From contig BK006939.2 of the NCBI GenBank assembly GCA_000146045.2, positions 352,001 through 416,000 on the forward strand: a DNA stretch of 64,000 nt. The letters are read 5' to 3'. Of this stretch, positions 45,952 through 57,659 are shown piece after piece. How positions within the stretch are numbered: position 1 is the stretch's first letter; each line of letters starts with the position of its first letter. Origin of the DNA: TPA_inf: Saccharomyces (lineage: Eukaryota). A model generated the notes under the pieces. It worked only from the letters and a program-made list of their open reading frames with translations. It searched no databases and had not been told where the DNA came from. A program made the position numbers and the translations under genes.

Positions 45952-47055
45952 TTAACGATGCATTTCTTCTGGACCATCGATTAGTTGAACATAATTGCTT
46001 GGAATAATACCTGTTTCACCGTTTGCCCTTCTTGCCTTCCACCATCTGCCTTCAATGTCAGAGACTTGTAGGATTTCATTTTGTTCAAATGAGATTTCGT
46101 AAGCATCATCGTCATCAGCGTCGTATGGGTACAGTGCTTTTGCCTTGTAAATGAAATTATCATCACCGATATCGCTATACAGACCCAAAGTGTCTCCCAT
46201 CGTAGTTTCCGTATTGCCATTTGAAAAATCAGTATCGAACGTATTACCTATATTAGTATTGGTTTGATTATTGCTATTATCATTGGTTTCCTTCGCGTTG
46301 CTTGCGCTATTGATACGTTGTTGTAGAGTGTTCAAGTGAAGATTAACGGCTTCTGAAGTATTTGGCTGAGTATTCTCAAAACCAGCCAATGCCGTAGAAG
46401 ATACATAATTTGTGTGAGAAGGTTGCTGCTGTGGATATCCATCAAACTGTGTCGCGTAGCCTGAGTCTCGTATAGCATCATTATAGACATTATTTTGGTA
46501 AGGCGTTGTGTTCCTATTGCCTCTTCGACGAGCTCTATGAAGAGAATTCTCTAATGGCGAAGGCCTGATACCCTTAATGGAAAACGAATCAATCCATCTA
46601 TTGGTTGGGGAAGCATTATCACCGCCGTAGTACAGAATCCAGATTAAATTTATGATGGAAAGTAAGATGACACCTGCTGAAGCAGCAGCTTTCTTGGGAC
46701 CATCCGCATACACTAAATTCGTTGCACTGTTTGTATTATACACAAATGCCACTGCAATAGATGTGGTGATGAAGATTCTGTAATGATCGACTAAATCAAA
46801 ACAATAGAACAGCATTAAAGAACAAATAATTAGAAATTGGTATACTATACCCCACCAAGTAAAACGTGGGAAGGATTCATTGGTGGATGCAGATGAGATG
46901 GAGCCCCCGATGGCGATGACCCACGATACAATTGCCAAAGAAATTGATGATATAGCGAAAGGATCGGCATAAAATTTTTTCATTTTAAAAGAATGGTCGG
47001 TAGCCATACGTGAAGGTTTACGAGGAGTTGGTCTTATCTTTGATGATATTGACAT
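45952..47055 (-). CDS. SHO1: HOG-pathway osmosensor with four TM helices and a C-terminal SH3 domain, 367 aa
   Basis: Four N-terminal TM segments, then an SH3 domain (…ALYPYDADDDDAYEISFEQNEILQVSDIEGRWWKARRANGETGIIPSNYVQLI). Matches YER118C. Confidence 0.9.
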   Translation of the reverse strand: MSISSKIRPTPRKPSRMATDHSFKMKKFYADPFAISSISLAIVSWVIAIGGSISSASTNESFPRFTWWGIVYQFLIICSLMLFYCFDLVDHYRIFITTSIAVAFVYNTNSATNLVYADGPKKAAASAGVILLSIINLIWILYYGGDNASPTNRWIDSFSIKGIRPSPLENSLHRARRRGNRNTTPYQNNVYNDAIRDSGYATQFDGYPQQQPSHTNYVSSTALAGFENTQPNTSEAVNLHLNTLQQRINSASNAKETNDNSNNQTNTNIGNTFDTDFSNGNTETTMGDTLGLYSDIGDDNFIYKAKALYPYDADDDDAYEISFEQNEILQVSDIEGRWWKARRANGETGIIPSNYVQLIDGPEEMHR

Positions 47056-47495
47056 ATTTTGAAAACGTGATTTTTGGTGTTTCTGAAAAGATGGCGTTGA
47101 TCTATAATGTCCAATGTTGTTTTCAAATTATTGGGTTGGCTACTGTTAATAACACGCCCTTTCTTTTAGCGATTCTGTTGAGCAAAGAAAGCTGATATGA
47201 TAGACAATGATACCTCACTGAAAACGAGGCTCAATGACTTTATTCGTGTTCCTGTGTTCTTTGCATATTTCAGCAATCGCTGAAATTTTTATAATACGTA
47301 TGAAGCAAAAGCCCGACTCCGAAAGCTGTTGTGTGTAAATAGATTGAACGCGTTGGGAATGTAAAACGCGATTAAGAATTTCTGATTTAACGCAGGTGCT
47401 AGGTTATTAATAGTTTCTTACGCGGATATGTAGGTTCAAGGGTCTATGTACGTATGGAGGAATAGCAAAAAAAGAATGAGTATACTCTTGCTTAT

Positions 47496-48842
47496 TTAGT
47501 TTAGCTTCAAAGCTGCGGTCAGGCAGGTGATCATGATTATTAGCCCCCAGATAAACAAGAGAAGACCTGTGTATTTGAAAATCTTTGTCGTCAATGGCAC
47601 GGCTGTCTTGTGCTCAGTTCCTATAAGCTTGTAGCCAAAGAGCCCGGGCAGAATGAAAGAAATAGAAGTGGAGCCTGTGGCCCCAACAATGGCCAGTACA
47701 CGGGCCAAGGAGGAAACCGAAATGGCGACAAGATATGATGCAACTAAAATGCTGCACGTTATAACAATAAAGCTCTTGCCTCTCAATGGAGTCTCCTTAG
47801 GCTGATAAATAGATTCTTCTTCAATTACCTCATTGAGGTCAAGGCTACTGTCGCGAATCAACGGAGAACTTTCGGTAGCAACAGTGGGTTCATCCGCCGA
47901 TGTAGCACTTATACTTACATTTTCCTCGGCGAAGTGTTGCAAAATCTGATGGATTGAAGCTCTTGCAGGATGACACTGTAGTGGGAACGCCAGCATCACC
48001 AACAACACAATCGCTATTCTGCCGATGGTGCTCGAGACCGCTTGCGGGTACAGCATGATAATGTTTCCAATGATGTTGTCGCCGAATGTCAGGTATCCAG
48101 CACAGCCGATCGCAATATATAAGATGAGAGCCAAAGATATTGCTATCAGTGGAATCTTCATCACATGCTCGAACCGGCTTGACCTCTGCTCATTGATTAT
48201 TGAAAACATATTGTGGTGACATGTGTAGGCAAAGACAAAAATTGGAAGAGTGTTTAGCACGTTCAAATCATGCGATTGTGGTGGCAGGAGGTAGGAGATC
48301 CGGCCTTTCAAGCGAAGAATCTCATCTGATGGTGCTACATAGTGCAACAACACCAAAACACACAAGTACGCTACAGAAGAGATGGCCACCATGGAAGCGT
48401 ACCTCAACGAATTCAACTTCTTCAGAAAAGACAGCGGGGCCACGAAAAAAAGCATGATCAGTGAAATTTGCACGTTCCTGTTCAACAGCCAAGCATTTCT
48501 GGTCCACACAGACATTATTTGGGGCATCAGATCCCCAACTACAATCATATAAGAGACGCCCACACCAAAACACTTGATAGCGATCGCTAGGTCAAACACA
48601 ATACCTAGATTTGGGTTAATCAACCGCGTCAGAGCACTGAACGAGGCCCTCCCCTGTGGTACGTATTTAGCTACACGAGCTTGTATGAACAAGCTTTGCA
48701 TAGCGCACGCCCCACACAGCACTATCATTATCACTCCAGGAATTAATCCAAACGGCTTGAATGCGTACGGCATGGCCAGGATACCAGCACCGCACGCCGT
48801 GTGTAAAAGTGTCAGCACACCTGATCTAATACTAGCTACCAT
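47496..48842 (-). CDS. AVT6: Vacuolar amino-acid transporter (AAAP family), 448 aa
   Basis: Multi-TM permease. The track's 451 aa begins GTG-His-His; the first ATG at 48842 gives 448 aa, matching YER119C. Confidence 0.85.
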   Translation of the reverse strand: MVASIRSGVLTLLHTACGAGILAMPYAFKPFGLIPGVIMIVLCGACAMQSLFIQARVAKYVPQGRASFSALTRLINPNLGIVFDLAIAIKCFGVGVSYMIVVGDLMPQIMSVWTRNAWLLNRNVQISLIMLFFVAPLSFLKKLNSLRYASMVAISSVAYLCVLVLLHYVAPSDEILRLKGRISYLLPPQSHDLNVLNTLPIFVFAYTCHHNMFSIINEQRSSRFEHVMKIPLIAISLALILYIAIGCAGYLTFGDNIIGNIIMLYPQAVSSTIGRIAIVLLVMLAFPLQCHPARASIHQILQHFAEENVSISATSADEPTVATESSPLIRDSSLDLNEVIEEESIYQPKETPLRGKSFIVITCSILVASYLVAISVSSLARVLAIVGATGSTSISFILPGLFGYKLIGTEHKTAVPLTTKIFKYTGLLLFIWGLIIMITCLTAALKLN

Positions 48843-49134
48843 ATGATGCACGATTCCTTTCTATGGTTATTGAGCTGTGAAACTAACCCGTCGTTCGACC
48901 ATTGTTGTTCTATATACTTCTAGTTGCTGTATAGATAAGCTCTCCGATCCCCTAAACGTGCGTGGTGATCTTACTCTTTCGCCCTCGCTTTTTTTTTTTC
49001 GCTTGTTGTTTTCGCAAGGTGAATAGAATGGTTTTAGTAGCAAAGTGCATTGTTTATTGTGTGGTGTGGTTTGACGCACATTCTGTGTTAATAGTGTAGC
49101 AGAAGGGTATTCTACAATCTCCGCGAACCTAAGT

Positions 49135-49869
49135 ATGTCTGCTGTTGAAATTTCCCCTGACGTGTTGGTGTATAAGTCTCCATTAACGGAGCAATCGACA
49201 GAATACGCTAGTATTTCCAACAATTCAGACCAAACCATTGCATTTAAGGTCAAGACCACAGCCCCAAAGTTTTACTGCGTGAGACCAAACGCCGCAGTTG
49301 TTGCTCCAGGTGAAACAATCCAGGTTCAAGTTATCTTCCTGGGTTTGACTGAAGAGCCTGCCGCAGACTTTAAGTGCCGTGACAAGTTCCTGGTTATCAC
49401 GTTGCCTTCTCCTTACGACCTCAATGGCAAGGCTGTTGCAGATGTTTGGTCCGACTTGGAGGCTGAGTTCAAGCAACAGGCTATCTCTAAAAAGATAAAA
49501 GTCAAATATTTGATAAGTCCAGATGTACACCCAGCACAGAACCAAAATATACAGGAAAACAAGGAAACTGTTGAACCAGTAGTCCAAGACAGTGAGCCAA
49601 AGGAAGTGCCTGCTGTGGTAAACGAAAAGGAGGTCCCTGCTGAACCGGAAACTCAACCTCCCGTCCAAGTAAAGAAAGAAGAGGTCCCACCTGTCGTTCA
49701 GAAAACCGTTCCTCATGAAAATGAGAAGCAAACGTCCAACAGCACTCCGGCCCCACAGAACCAGATAAAGGAAGCCGCAACCGTACCTGCAGAAAATGAA
49801 TCATCCAGCATGGGTATATTCATATTGGTTGCACTCCTTATCTTGGTTTTAGGATGGTTCTACAGATAA
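49135..49869 (+). CDS. SCS2: VAP homolog: MSP domain plus C-terminal TM anchor, ER–plasma-membrane tether, 244 aa
   Basis: The MSP domain (…KFKVKTTAPKFYCVRPNAAVVAPGETIQVQV…) and the tail anchor GIFILVALLILVLGWFYR are present. Matches YER120W. Confidence 0.9.
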   Translation: MSAVEISPDVLVYKSPLTEQSTEYASISNNSDQTIAFKVKTTAPKFYCVRPNAAVVAPGETIQVQVIFLGLTEEPAADFKCRDKFLVITLPSPYDLNGKAVADVWSDLEAEFKQQAISKKIKVKYLISPDVHPAQNQNIQENKETVEPVVQDSEPKEVPAVVNEKEVPAEPETQPPVQVKKEEVPPVVQKTVPHENEKQTSNSTPAPQNQIKEAATVPAENESSSMGIFILVALLILVLGWFYR

Positions 49870-50374
49870 TAGGGAGATTGAGGATATAGCTGTATTCTAA
49901 ATATATATTTATATATGTGTGTGTTTTGCCCTTTCCTTCCTTTCAGTCTTTATTTTACTTTGTTTTTCTACAATCTTTTTTTATTGTTTCCTTCTGTAGC
50001 CTTTACAATACTAGAACAAGGAACTAAAAGATCATACTTTCCTAACTTTTTTATATGTTTTATTTTTTAAATAGGAGAATAATCGATAACTATACCACTG
50101 TTGTAACATATTACTTGTTTAATTTATTCATGTTCGGTTTCCCTAGTGTAGTAGGCGCTATCTTGGGCAAATAACTATCCGTTATTAACCATAACAATGC
50201 GGGGTCTACTAAATGAGGGGAGGGTCTTGGATGCACATTAACGAAGATCTTGCGAGGGGGTCGCGCCTAAAAGGTCCATAAATAAATGAATACATAAACA
50301 GCCACCTACTTTCAGTTTGTTTTTTGCTAGGTCTCATAGTGAACGAGGGACTCACATATTGACAATATAGTAAC

Positions 50375-50719
50375 ATGGGCTTATCGCGCTGGCACGACAA
50401 GAATTCAAGGCCAGCAGAGGAAAAGAGCGAAGAAATGCAACAGGATGCGCACTACTACGCCCTTGCGGCAAGTGATAGTTTAAATGCAAGTGTTTCTAAC
50501 GAATATGGTAATCAAGTAATGAACTCGTTTTGGAAAGTGGGTATAGACTCTCCCTATGTGGACGATGAAGCAATTAGAAACAGAGATGTCGAAAATAACT
50601 TACCTTCTTTAAAGCAAAGTGTTTATAATGCTAATGAACCAAATGCTACCTCGTCTGCATTTTCAACCGCTTCATACGCACATGAAACTTTCGATTTTAG
50701 AAACCTTAAACTAAGATAA
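50375..50719 (+). CDS. Small uncharacterised protein, 114 aa (YER121W)
   Basis: ATG at 50375. Position and length fit YER121W; no recognisable domain. Confidence 0.6.
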   Translation: MGLSRWHDKNSRPAEEKSEEMQQDAHYYALAASDSLNASVSNEYGNQVMNSFWKVGIDSPYVDDEAIRNRDVENNLPSLKQSVYNANEPNATSSAFSTASYAHETFDFRNLKLR

Positions 50720-50870
50720 GGGGGGATGAAGAATAAGAATAAACGCACGTACAATGCATATACAACCGTTTCTATGTACCATAAATATAATTATCATATA
50801 ATGAAAAATGAGAATAAAAAACAATGATAACAATGAAAAAAAAAAAATTCAATTAAAGAGAAAATTAAAC

Positions 50871-52352
50871 TTATTTTCTTAAGTAGTCCCTTAAATAACT
50901 ACCGAGTTTTTCAGCACCCTGTTCTACAACGTCTCTCAACATCTGCAATTCATCATCTGCGGAGGCATTAAAATCGATGAAACCGTTATTAGAATTACGG
51001 CCATCAAAATTCCCTGCTCCACTTCCACTACTATTGATGGGATTACCAAATTCATCCACTTCTTTATCTTCTCCAAAGTATGAAGAAGAGGAAATTGATG
51101 TAGCATTGTCAAATGTTTTCAACTTGTCATGCGCTTCCCTGTTTGCTGCTTCATCAAATGAGCCACGACCAAATAATTGATCAGATGATATAGCTTTTTG
51201 TGTGCCGTACCTTTCCGCGATTCTGCCCGTATATCTTGGTCCCTGAGCTATTTTCTGAGATTCTTTTTGTTGCTTTGCCAAATCATTGGCGTCATTCATG
51301 GTCATACCAAATCCCAATTTGGCAAACTTGGGTGTTAAAGTATCTTGCTGTTCTTTTCTAGTTGTGTCGAAGCTGTTTGAAGTGTCATTTAAAAAATCAT
51401 TGAATTCATCAGGCTGGGTATTAATATCATCTATACTGTTATTATTGTTGCCTTTACTGTTATTCATAAATTGGGAATCGTAATCATTTTGTCTAATTTT
51501 GGTGCTAGAAGACGAATTAGTGAACTCGTCCTCCTTTTCTTGTTGAGCCTCTTTTTTAAATTGATCAAACAAGTCTTCTGCCTGTGATTTGTCGACTTTC
51601 TTTGCGGTTAGTCTAGTGGGCTTTCTTGACGAAGACAAAATTGAATGTTTCTTTTTATCTTGCGAGTTTAATACCGGTTTCTTTCTGCTAGCCGTTAAGA
51701 TGGAACTTCTCGTTTTAGTGACAGTGGTCTTGGGTGTGCTGCCTGTGGTGTTGTTTTTTGGGGCGAGAGAGCCTGTATTTACATTGAGTTTAGAACTGGA
51801 ATTGGAGCTTGGTTTTTGCCAATTAGAGAAAAAATCGTCAACACTATTTTCTTTGGAAGTCGACCTGGAAGCGTCTGAATCGGTGTCCAACGGTGAGTCC
51901 GAAGAATCTTGACCGTTCAAGACTAATTCTGATGGGTATAACTCCATATCCTTTTGAACCTTCTTGTCGAGATGTATCTTATATTTCTTAGCAACAGGGC
52001 TCGTATATTTTGTTTTCGCGTCAACATTTGCTGTATTTAGTAGCTGTTTCCCATTGTTCTTTAAGAAAAAATCACGAGCCTTATGGTTCCCACCCAACTT
52101 AAACCTTCTTAAATTGTTAATTGTCCATTTATCTAATGTAGAAGACTTTACAAAGGTGATATGAACACCCATGTTTCTATGCACAGCAGAGCATTGAATA
52201 CACAGCATCACACCAAAAGGTACCGAAGTCCAAGTAGGATTCTTGTTACCACAATCAAAACAAACTCGATTTTCCATGTTGCTACCTAGCTTCTGAAAAA
52301 CTTGTTGAGTAGTCTGTTCCGTGGCAAATGTTTCTCCTTCATCGTTACTCAT
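50871..52352 (-). CDS. GLO3: ADP-ribosylation factor GTPase-activating protein (ArfGAP zinc finger), 493 aa
   Basis: ArfGAP C4 finger [32 protein letters not shown]; 493 aa matches YER122C. Confidence 0.9.
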   Translation of the reverse strand: MSNDEGETFATEQTTQQVFQKLGSNMENRVCFDCGNKNPTWTSVPFGVMLCIQCSAVHRNMGVHITFVKSSTLDKWTINNLRRFKLGGNHKARDFFLKNNGKQLLNTANVDAKTKYTSPVAKKYKIHLDKKVQKDMELYPSELVLNGQDSSDSPLDTDSDASRSTSKENSVDDFFSNWQKPSSNSSSKLNVNTGSLAPKNNTTGSTPKTTVTKTRSSILTASRKKPVLNSQDKKKHSILSSSRKPTRLTAKKVDKSQAEDLFDQFKKEAQQEKEDEFTNSSSSTKIRQNDYDSQFMNNSKGNNNNSIDDINTQPDEFNDFLNDTSNSFDTTRKEQQDTLTPKFAKLGFGMTMNDANDLAKQQKESQKIAQGPRYTGRIAERYGTQKAISSDQLFGRGSFDEAANREAHDKLKTFDNATSISSSSYFGEDKEVDEFGNPINSSGSGAGNFDGRNSNNGFIDFNASADDELQMLRDVVEQGAEKLGSYLRDYLRK

Positions 52353-52812
52353 TGTCGCTATGTGTATACTAAATTGCTCAAGAAGACCGGATCAACAAGT
52401 ACTTAACAAATACCCTTTCTTTGCTATCGCCTTGATCTCCTTTTATAAAATGCCAGCTAAATCGTGTTTACGAAGAATAGTTGTTTTCTTTTTTTTTTTT
52501 TTTTTTCGAAACTTTACCGTGTCGTCGAAAATGACCAAACGATGTTACTTTTCCTTTTGTGTCATAGATAATACCAATATTGAAAGTAAAATTTTAAACA
52601 TTCTATAGGTGAATTGAAAAGGGCAGCTTAGAGAGTAACAGGGGAACAGCATTCGTAACATCTAGGTACTGGTATTATTTGCTGTTTTTTAAAAAAGAAG
52701 GAAATCCGTTTTGCAAGAATTGTCTGCTATTTAAGGGTATACGTGCTACGGTCCACTAATCAAAAGTGGTATCTCATTCTGAAGAAAAAGTGTAAAAGGA
52801 CGATAAGGAAAG

Positions 52813-54387
52813 ATGTCCCAACGATCTTCACAACACATTGTAGGTATTCATTATGCTGTAGGACCTAAGATTGGCGAAGGGTCTTTCGGAGTAATATTTG
52901 AGGGAGAGAACATTCTTCATTCTTGTCAAGCGCAGACCGGTAGCAAGAGGGACTCTAGTATAATAATGGCGAACGAGCCAGTCGCAATTAAATTCGAACC
53001 GCGACATTCGGACGCACCCCAGTTGCGTGACGAATTTAGAGCCTATAGGATATTGAATGGCTGCGTTGGAATTCCCCATGCTTATTATTTTGGTCAAGAA
53101 GGTATGCACAACATCTTGATTATCGATTTACTAGGGCCATCATTGGAAGATCTCTTTGAGTGGTGTGGTAGAAAATTTTCAGTGAAAACAACCTGTATGG
53201 TTGCCAAGCAAATGATTGATAGAGTTAGAGCAATTCATGATCACGACTTAATCTATCGCGATATTAAACCCGATAACTTTTTAATTTCTCAATATCAAAG
53301 AATTTCACCTGAAGGAAAAGTCATTAAATCATGTGCCTCCTCTTCTAATAATGATCCCAATTTAATATACATGGTTGACTTTGGTATGGCAAAACAATAT
53401 AGAGATCCAAGAACGAAACAACATATACCATACCGTGAACGAAAATCATTGAGCGGTACCGCCAGATATATGTCTATTAATACTCATTTTGGAAGAGAAC
53501 AGTCACGTAGGGATGATTTAGAATCGCTAGGTCACGTTTTTTTTTATTTCTTGAGGGGATCCTTGCCATGGCAAGGTTTGAAAGCACCAAACAACAAACT
53601 GAAGTATGAAAAGATTGGTATGACTAAACAGAAATTGAATCCTGATGATCTTTTATTGAATAATGCTATTCCTTATCAGTTTGCCACATATTTAAAATAT
53701 GCACGTTCCTTGAAGTTCGACGAAGATCCGGATTATGACTATTTAATCTCGTTAATGGATGACGCTTTGAGATTAAACGACTTAAAGGATGATGGACACT
53801 ATGACTGGATGGATTTGAATGGTGGTAAAGGCTGGAATATCAAGATTAATAGAAGAGCTAACTTGCATGGTTACGGAAATCCAAATCCAAGAGTCAATGG
53901 CAATACTGCAAGAAACAATGTGAATACGAATTCAAAGACACGAAATACAACGCCAGTTGCGACACCTAAGCAACAAGCTCAAAACAGTTATAACAAGGAC
54001 AATTCGAAATCCAGAATTTCTTCGAACCCGCAGAGCTTTACTAAACAACAACACGTCTTGAAAAAAATCGAACCCAATAGTAAATATATTCCTGAAACAC
54101 ATTCAAATCTTCAACGGCCAATTAAAAGTCAAAGTCAAACGTACGACTCCATCAGTCATACACAAAATTCACCATTTGTACCATATTCAAGTTCTAAAGC
54201 TAACCCTAAAAGAAGTAATAATGAGCACAACTTACCAAACCACTACACAAACCTTGCAAATAAGAATATCAATTATCAAAGTCAACGAAATTACGAACAA
54301 GAAAATGATGCTTATTCTGATGACGAGAATGATACATTTTGTTCTAAAATATACAAATATTGTTGTTGCTGTTTTTGTTGCTGTTGA
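52813..54387 (+). CDS. YCK3: Casein kinase I isoform with a C-terminal poly-Cys palmitoylation tail, 524 aa
   Basis: CK1 kinase domain (…LIYRDIKPDNFLI…, …MVDFGMAKQYRD…) and a C-terminus …KIYKYCCCCFCCC. Matches YER123W. Confidence 0.9.
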   Translation: MSQRSSQHIVGIHYAVGPKIGEGSFGVIFEGENILHSCQAQTGSKRDSSIIMANEPVAIKFEPRHSDAPQLRDEFRAYRILNGCVGIPHAYYFGQEGMHNILIIDLLGPSLEDLFEWCGRKFSVKTTCMVAKQMIDRVRAIHDHDLIYRDIKPDNFLISQYQRISPEGKVIKSCASSSNNDPNLIYMVDFGMAKQYRDPRTKQHIPYRERKSLSGTARYMSINTHFGREQSRRDDLESLGHVFFYFLRGSLPWQGLKAPNNKLKYEKIGMTKQKLNPDDLLLNNAIPYQFATYLKYARSLKFDEDPDYDYLISLMDDALRLNDLKDDGHYDWMDLNGGKGWNIKINRRANLHGYGNPNPRVNGNTARNNVNTNSKTRNTTPVATPKQQAQNSYNKDNSKSRISSNPQSFTKQQHVLKKIEPNSKYIPETHSNLQRPIKSQSQTYDSISHTQNSPFVPYSSSKANPKRSNNEHNLPNHYTNLANKNINYQSQRNYEQENDAYSDDENDTFCSKIYKYCCCCFCCC

Positions 54388-55341
54388 TAAAGCGATTTTT
54401 ATACTTTTCTCTTTTTCCTTTTTTTTTTTGATTGGCTGTTTCCTTATGCCGCTCTTTCCCAATTTATGACTTTCCAATAATGTATTATTTTGTTTCTCTT
54501 TCTCTCTGTTACCCTTTATTTTATCATCTACAATAATTGAATTCCGGAGAGGGTAAAGAAACAGGAAAAAGAAGAAAATGAGACATAGTCAGCATCGTAA
54601 TCGTTTTCCTTCTGTATATTCCTTTATCAAAAGACTACACGCACATATATATTAATCCCGGTATGTTTTTGGTGTGCTAAATCTATCTTCAAGCACTATT
54701 ATAGCATTTTTTTAAGAATATCCAAAATAATATGTAATTTATGATTAATCAAGGTTCAAGAATTGGAGAAACCGTGAGCGACTTCTTTGATACTTGGATG
54801 TAAGCTTTTATTTAGTTGCTTTTTCGTTTTCTTTTATTTACGCCCTTGTTTTGCGTGTATACTTTACTTTTCTAATTCACTTGAGAGCGGGACTATATAT
54901 AAAAAAATGCACAATTACAAACTTGAGAATGAATGCATATCGTGAAGATTTTGATATTAAATTAAGAAGCCAAAAAAACGTAGGCAACCATAACAAATTT
55001 CGGCATTGAACTTGATTCTAAATGCTACATACAATTACGCGCGCTGTTTTGATATACACACACATATATATATATATACATTGTGTAAGAAAAATTCAAA
55101 GCTTAGTAAAACATACAGATCATGGAGAAAAAAAAAAAACCGAATACTTGTGTTACCAGAAGGATCCACTGACTGGACTTGGGTCACAATTTGAATTTTA
55201 TTGATTTTCACCTTCATCAAGGAGGATGGTCGTTAGTAATAAAGGGCATTCTGAGTGACAGACAAAGAAATTATCTTCAAAGAAATGTTACTTTGATTCA
55301 TTGATATGTTATTTGTTTTTATTTGAAAGCACTCAAGGAAA

Positions 55342-57063
55342 CTAGACAACAGTAGTATCAATAGTAGATCCACTTAAATGCACATCATTTACAGAATACA
55401 TCCTCTTTGTGAAGACGATATCCTCTTGGTCATCATTCAATCTACCTTCGCTAACAGTATTTGCTGAAGAACAATCCCAATTACCAGAATTTGAGAACAT
55501 ATCATCAGATGTTTCTGTCATACTATGGTCACTCTCATTGGATAATGATAACATAGAAGAATCAGATATTCCACTCTTCCCAGTACCATTACCATCGATT
55601 ATTTTACCGGTATCGACATTGAATTGAACTTGACAAATTTGATGTAATCCCAGTTCACAAAAATTGTCAAGAGTTACTAAACTTCCATCGTTTGCCATAT
55701 CAAGGAATAAAAATCCACATCCTTTTCCATTGGCCTTAGTGTCATTGCTCTTCAAGCAAATATTTTTATCACTCATACCACTCACAATAATGTTTCCACA
55801 TTGGAAGACTTGCTTGGTTAATAGTAGTTCACTTTCACTATCTAGGCTAATTGAGTTAAATCCATGGACTAACTCACCATATTTCATGTTTTGTAGGTTT
55901 TGTAAATCCCAACAAATGACAAAGCCTTGGTCATCACTGCTATATAACGCGCCTGTGTTTTCGTTAAATTTTAGACTTTCAATGTATCCTTTCTTAGCAT
56001 ATAATTCACAAACTGGTTTACCGTCGCAGGATTGAATGTCCCAAATTTGAATTTTATCGTTCAAGCTCTGTGCAACGTGATGATTACTTATCCATACGCA
56101 ATCCAAACTTGTGTTCTTTCTTTGCAAATGGTCTTTTCCACATCCTGCAGATATGCTATTATCTAAAATATCTGGAATATAGAGATTTGTTCTCAAATCA
56201 AGCAGCGAGATGCCATTTGGTCCAAATTTTGAGCCAACTAAGGCCAGTAAGAAGGGATCATGGAATTCATTAACGGCAAAAGAATTTATACCTGGATATG
56301 ATTGCAAAAAAATAGGTGTTTTTATGCAATCAAGATTTGATTTCAAGTCATATATAAAGAGGGAGTCATTTAGAAGGGAAACAAAACCGGTCTTGTTCCA
56401 TGGCGAAACCTTCAAAATAGGTGCTGTTTTTGGCGTTATTTCCAGAATCGGAATCGACGTTGATACGGTAGATTTTAGAAACTTGTTGTGGTTAAACCTT
56501 TTTATTATTTTAGCACATCCCTTATATGTTGAAGTTGCTATCAGATTGACTATACCGTCTTGATGACCTGTCAATATTAATTGGTTGTGGTTAGGATTTA
56601 TTTGAGAGCTGGGGAAAATCTGTGGCGGAAAATCTACCATGGGCAATAAGCAGATACAAGTAATGGGTTTACCGGGAACAGTAATCGTCTGTAGTTCCTT
56701 CAGCTTTTTCTCAGCGGAAATTTCAAAAAGTTTCAAGTTGTCTTTCTCGTTCATTGTAGATACTAGAAGTATATTATCCACAATGGACATGTCTGAAGGT
56801 ATGGATAACTCACTTTCATCAACACCGTACAGTTTCCAATAATCTGATTTTAATTTTTTAGTTGTATAATAGTCATTGAAGTTGTCTGATGCTTTTCGCA
56901 AAATCGGTGAATTCATTTTCGAAGTATTGTTTTGCCACGTTTTTTTGTATGTGGATAAAGTCATCATCGATTGTAAAATCCTCTTTTTATCTGATCTCTT
57001 CTTTATATTAATAGCAGGCTGACGAAAAATATTTGTTGGTTCGTAGTATTTGGTATCTTGCAT
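55342..57063 (-). CDS. DSE1: Daughter-cell-specific WD-repeat protein, 573 aa
   Basis: The track ORF (591 aa) starts at TTG; the first ATG at 57063 gives 573 aa (MQDTKYYEPTN…), matching YER124C. Confidence 0.8.
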   Translation of the reverse strand: MQDTKYYEPTNIFRQPAINIKKRSDKKRILQSMMTLSTYKKTWQNNTSKMNSPILRKASDNFNDYYTTKKLKSDYWKLYGVDESELSIPSDMSIVDNILLVSTMNEKDNLKLFEISAEKKLKELQTITVPGKPITCICLLPMVDFPPQIFPSSQINPNHNQLILTGHQDGIVNLIATSTYKGCAKIIKRFNHNKFLKSTVSTSIPILEITPKTAPILKVSPWNKTGFVSLLNDSLFIYDLKSNLDCIKTPIFLQSYPGINSFAVNEFHDPFLLALVGSKFGPNGISLLDLRTNLYIPDILDNSISAGCGKDHLQRKNTSLDCVWISNHHVAQSLNDKIQIWDIQSCDGKPVCELYAKKGYIESLKFNENTGALYSSDDQGFVICWDLQNLQNMKYGELVHGFNSISLDSESELLLTKQVFQCGNIIVSGMSDKNICLKSNDTKANGKGCGFLFLDMANDGSLVTLDNFCELGLHQICQVQFNVDTGKIIDGNGTGKSGISDSSMLSLSNESDHSMTETSDDMFSNSGNWDCSSANTVSEGRLNDDQEDIVFTKRMYSVNDVHLSGSTIDTTVV

Positions 57064-57310
57064 AATATTAATACGTGTCACTCTCACTATCACACCTACA
57101 ATCAAATTTTTTAGCAAACACAGATTAAAATTTGGAAGTCATGCAAGAAGAAGAAGCCAAAAGATAGTTTGAGGAAAGCTTGGGAGAGATATTTCTACCT
57201 TTTTATATATTGTAAAACGTTTACGCACTTATTTATGTAAACCAGTAAGCACCCACCCAGCTATGTCGTCATGACTACAAATTGGTTATGAACCAAGCCT
57301 TATTCAGTAA

Positions 57311-57659
57311 ACCAGCAAATTTAACATCATGCCGGCATTGAATCATACATAGAAATCAACACAATAGCTTTGAGAACTGAGAATGTAGCTTTGACGCTGC
57401 TATTATTATTTGGTATTGTTTACCTTTTAATGTTTATTTGTTTAGAAAACAGACTGCTGGTTTGTTTACATTTGAGAGCAGAAAAAAAAAATTGCTGGCG
57501 CAGACCAGCCGCACAGTCACGTGACAGTATACGATCATGTGATCTTACGTACATAATGACATTATACGAGAAAGGGGAAAAAACAAAAATTTAGTGGAAA
57601 TTTTTGGTAAAGACCAAATTGCAGTGATCTTCATGGTGAAAGGTAATATTTTTTGCTGG
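57311..57659. promoter_or_regulatory. Cluster of four Ace2/Swi5 core sites (GCTGG / CCAGC) 250-600 bp upstream of DSE1, at 57311-57316, 57494-57498, 57505-57509 and 57655-57659
   Basis: ACCAGCAAAT, ATTGCTGGCGCAGACCAGCC and TTTTGCTGGCGGGGG. DSE1 is a known Ace2-dependent daughter-specific gene. Confidence 0.55.

Noticed and set aside
57190-57215. AT-rich stretches resembling the ARS consensus (WTTTAYRTTTW) in several intergenic regions.
   Set aside because: Near-matches are expected by chance in AT-rich yeast intergenic DNA, and no exact 11/11 match with a flanking B element was identified by eye.
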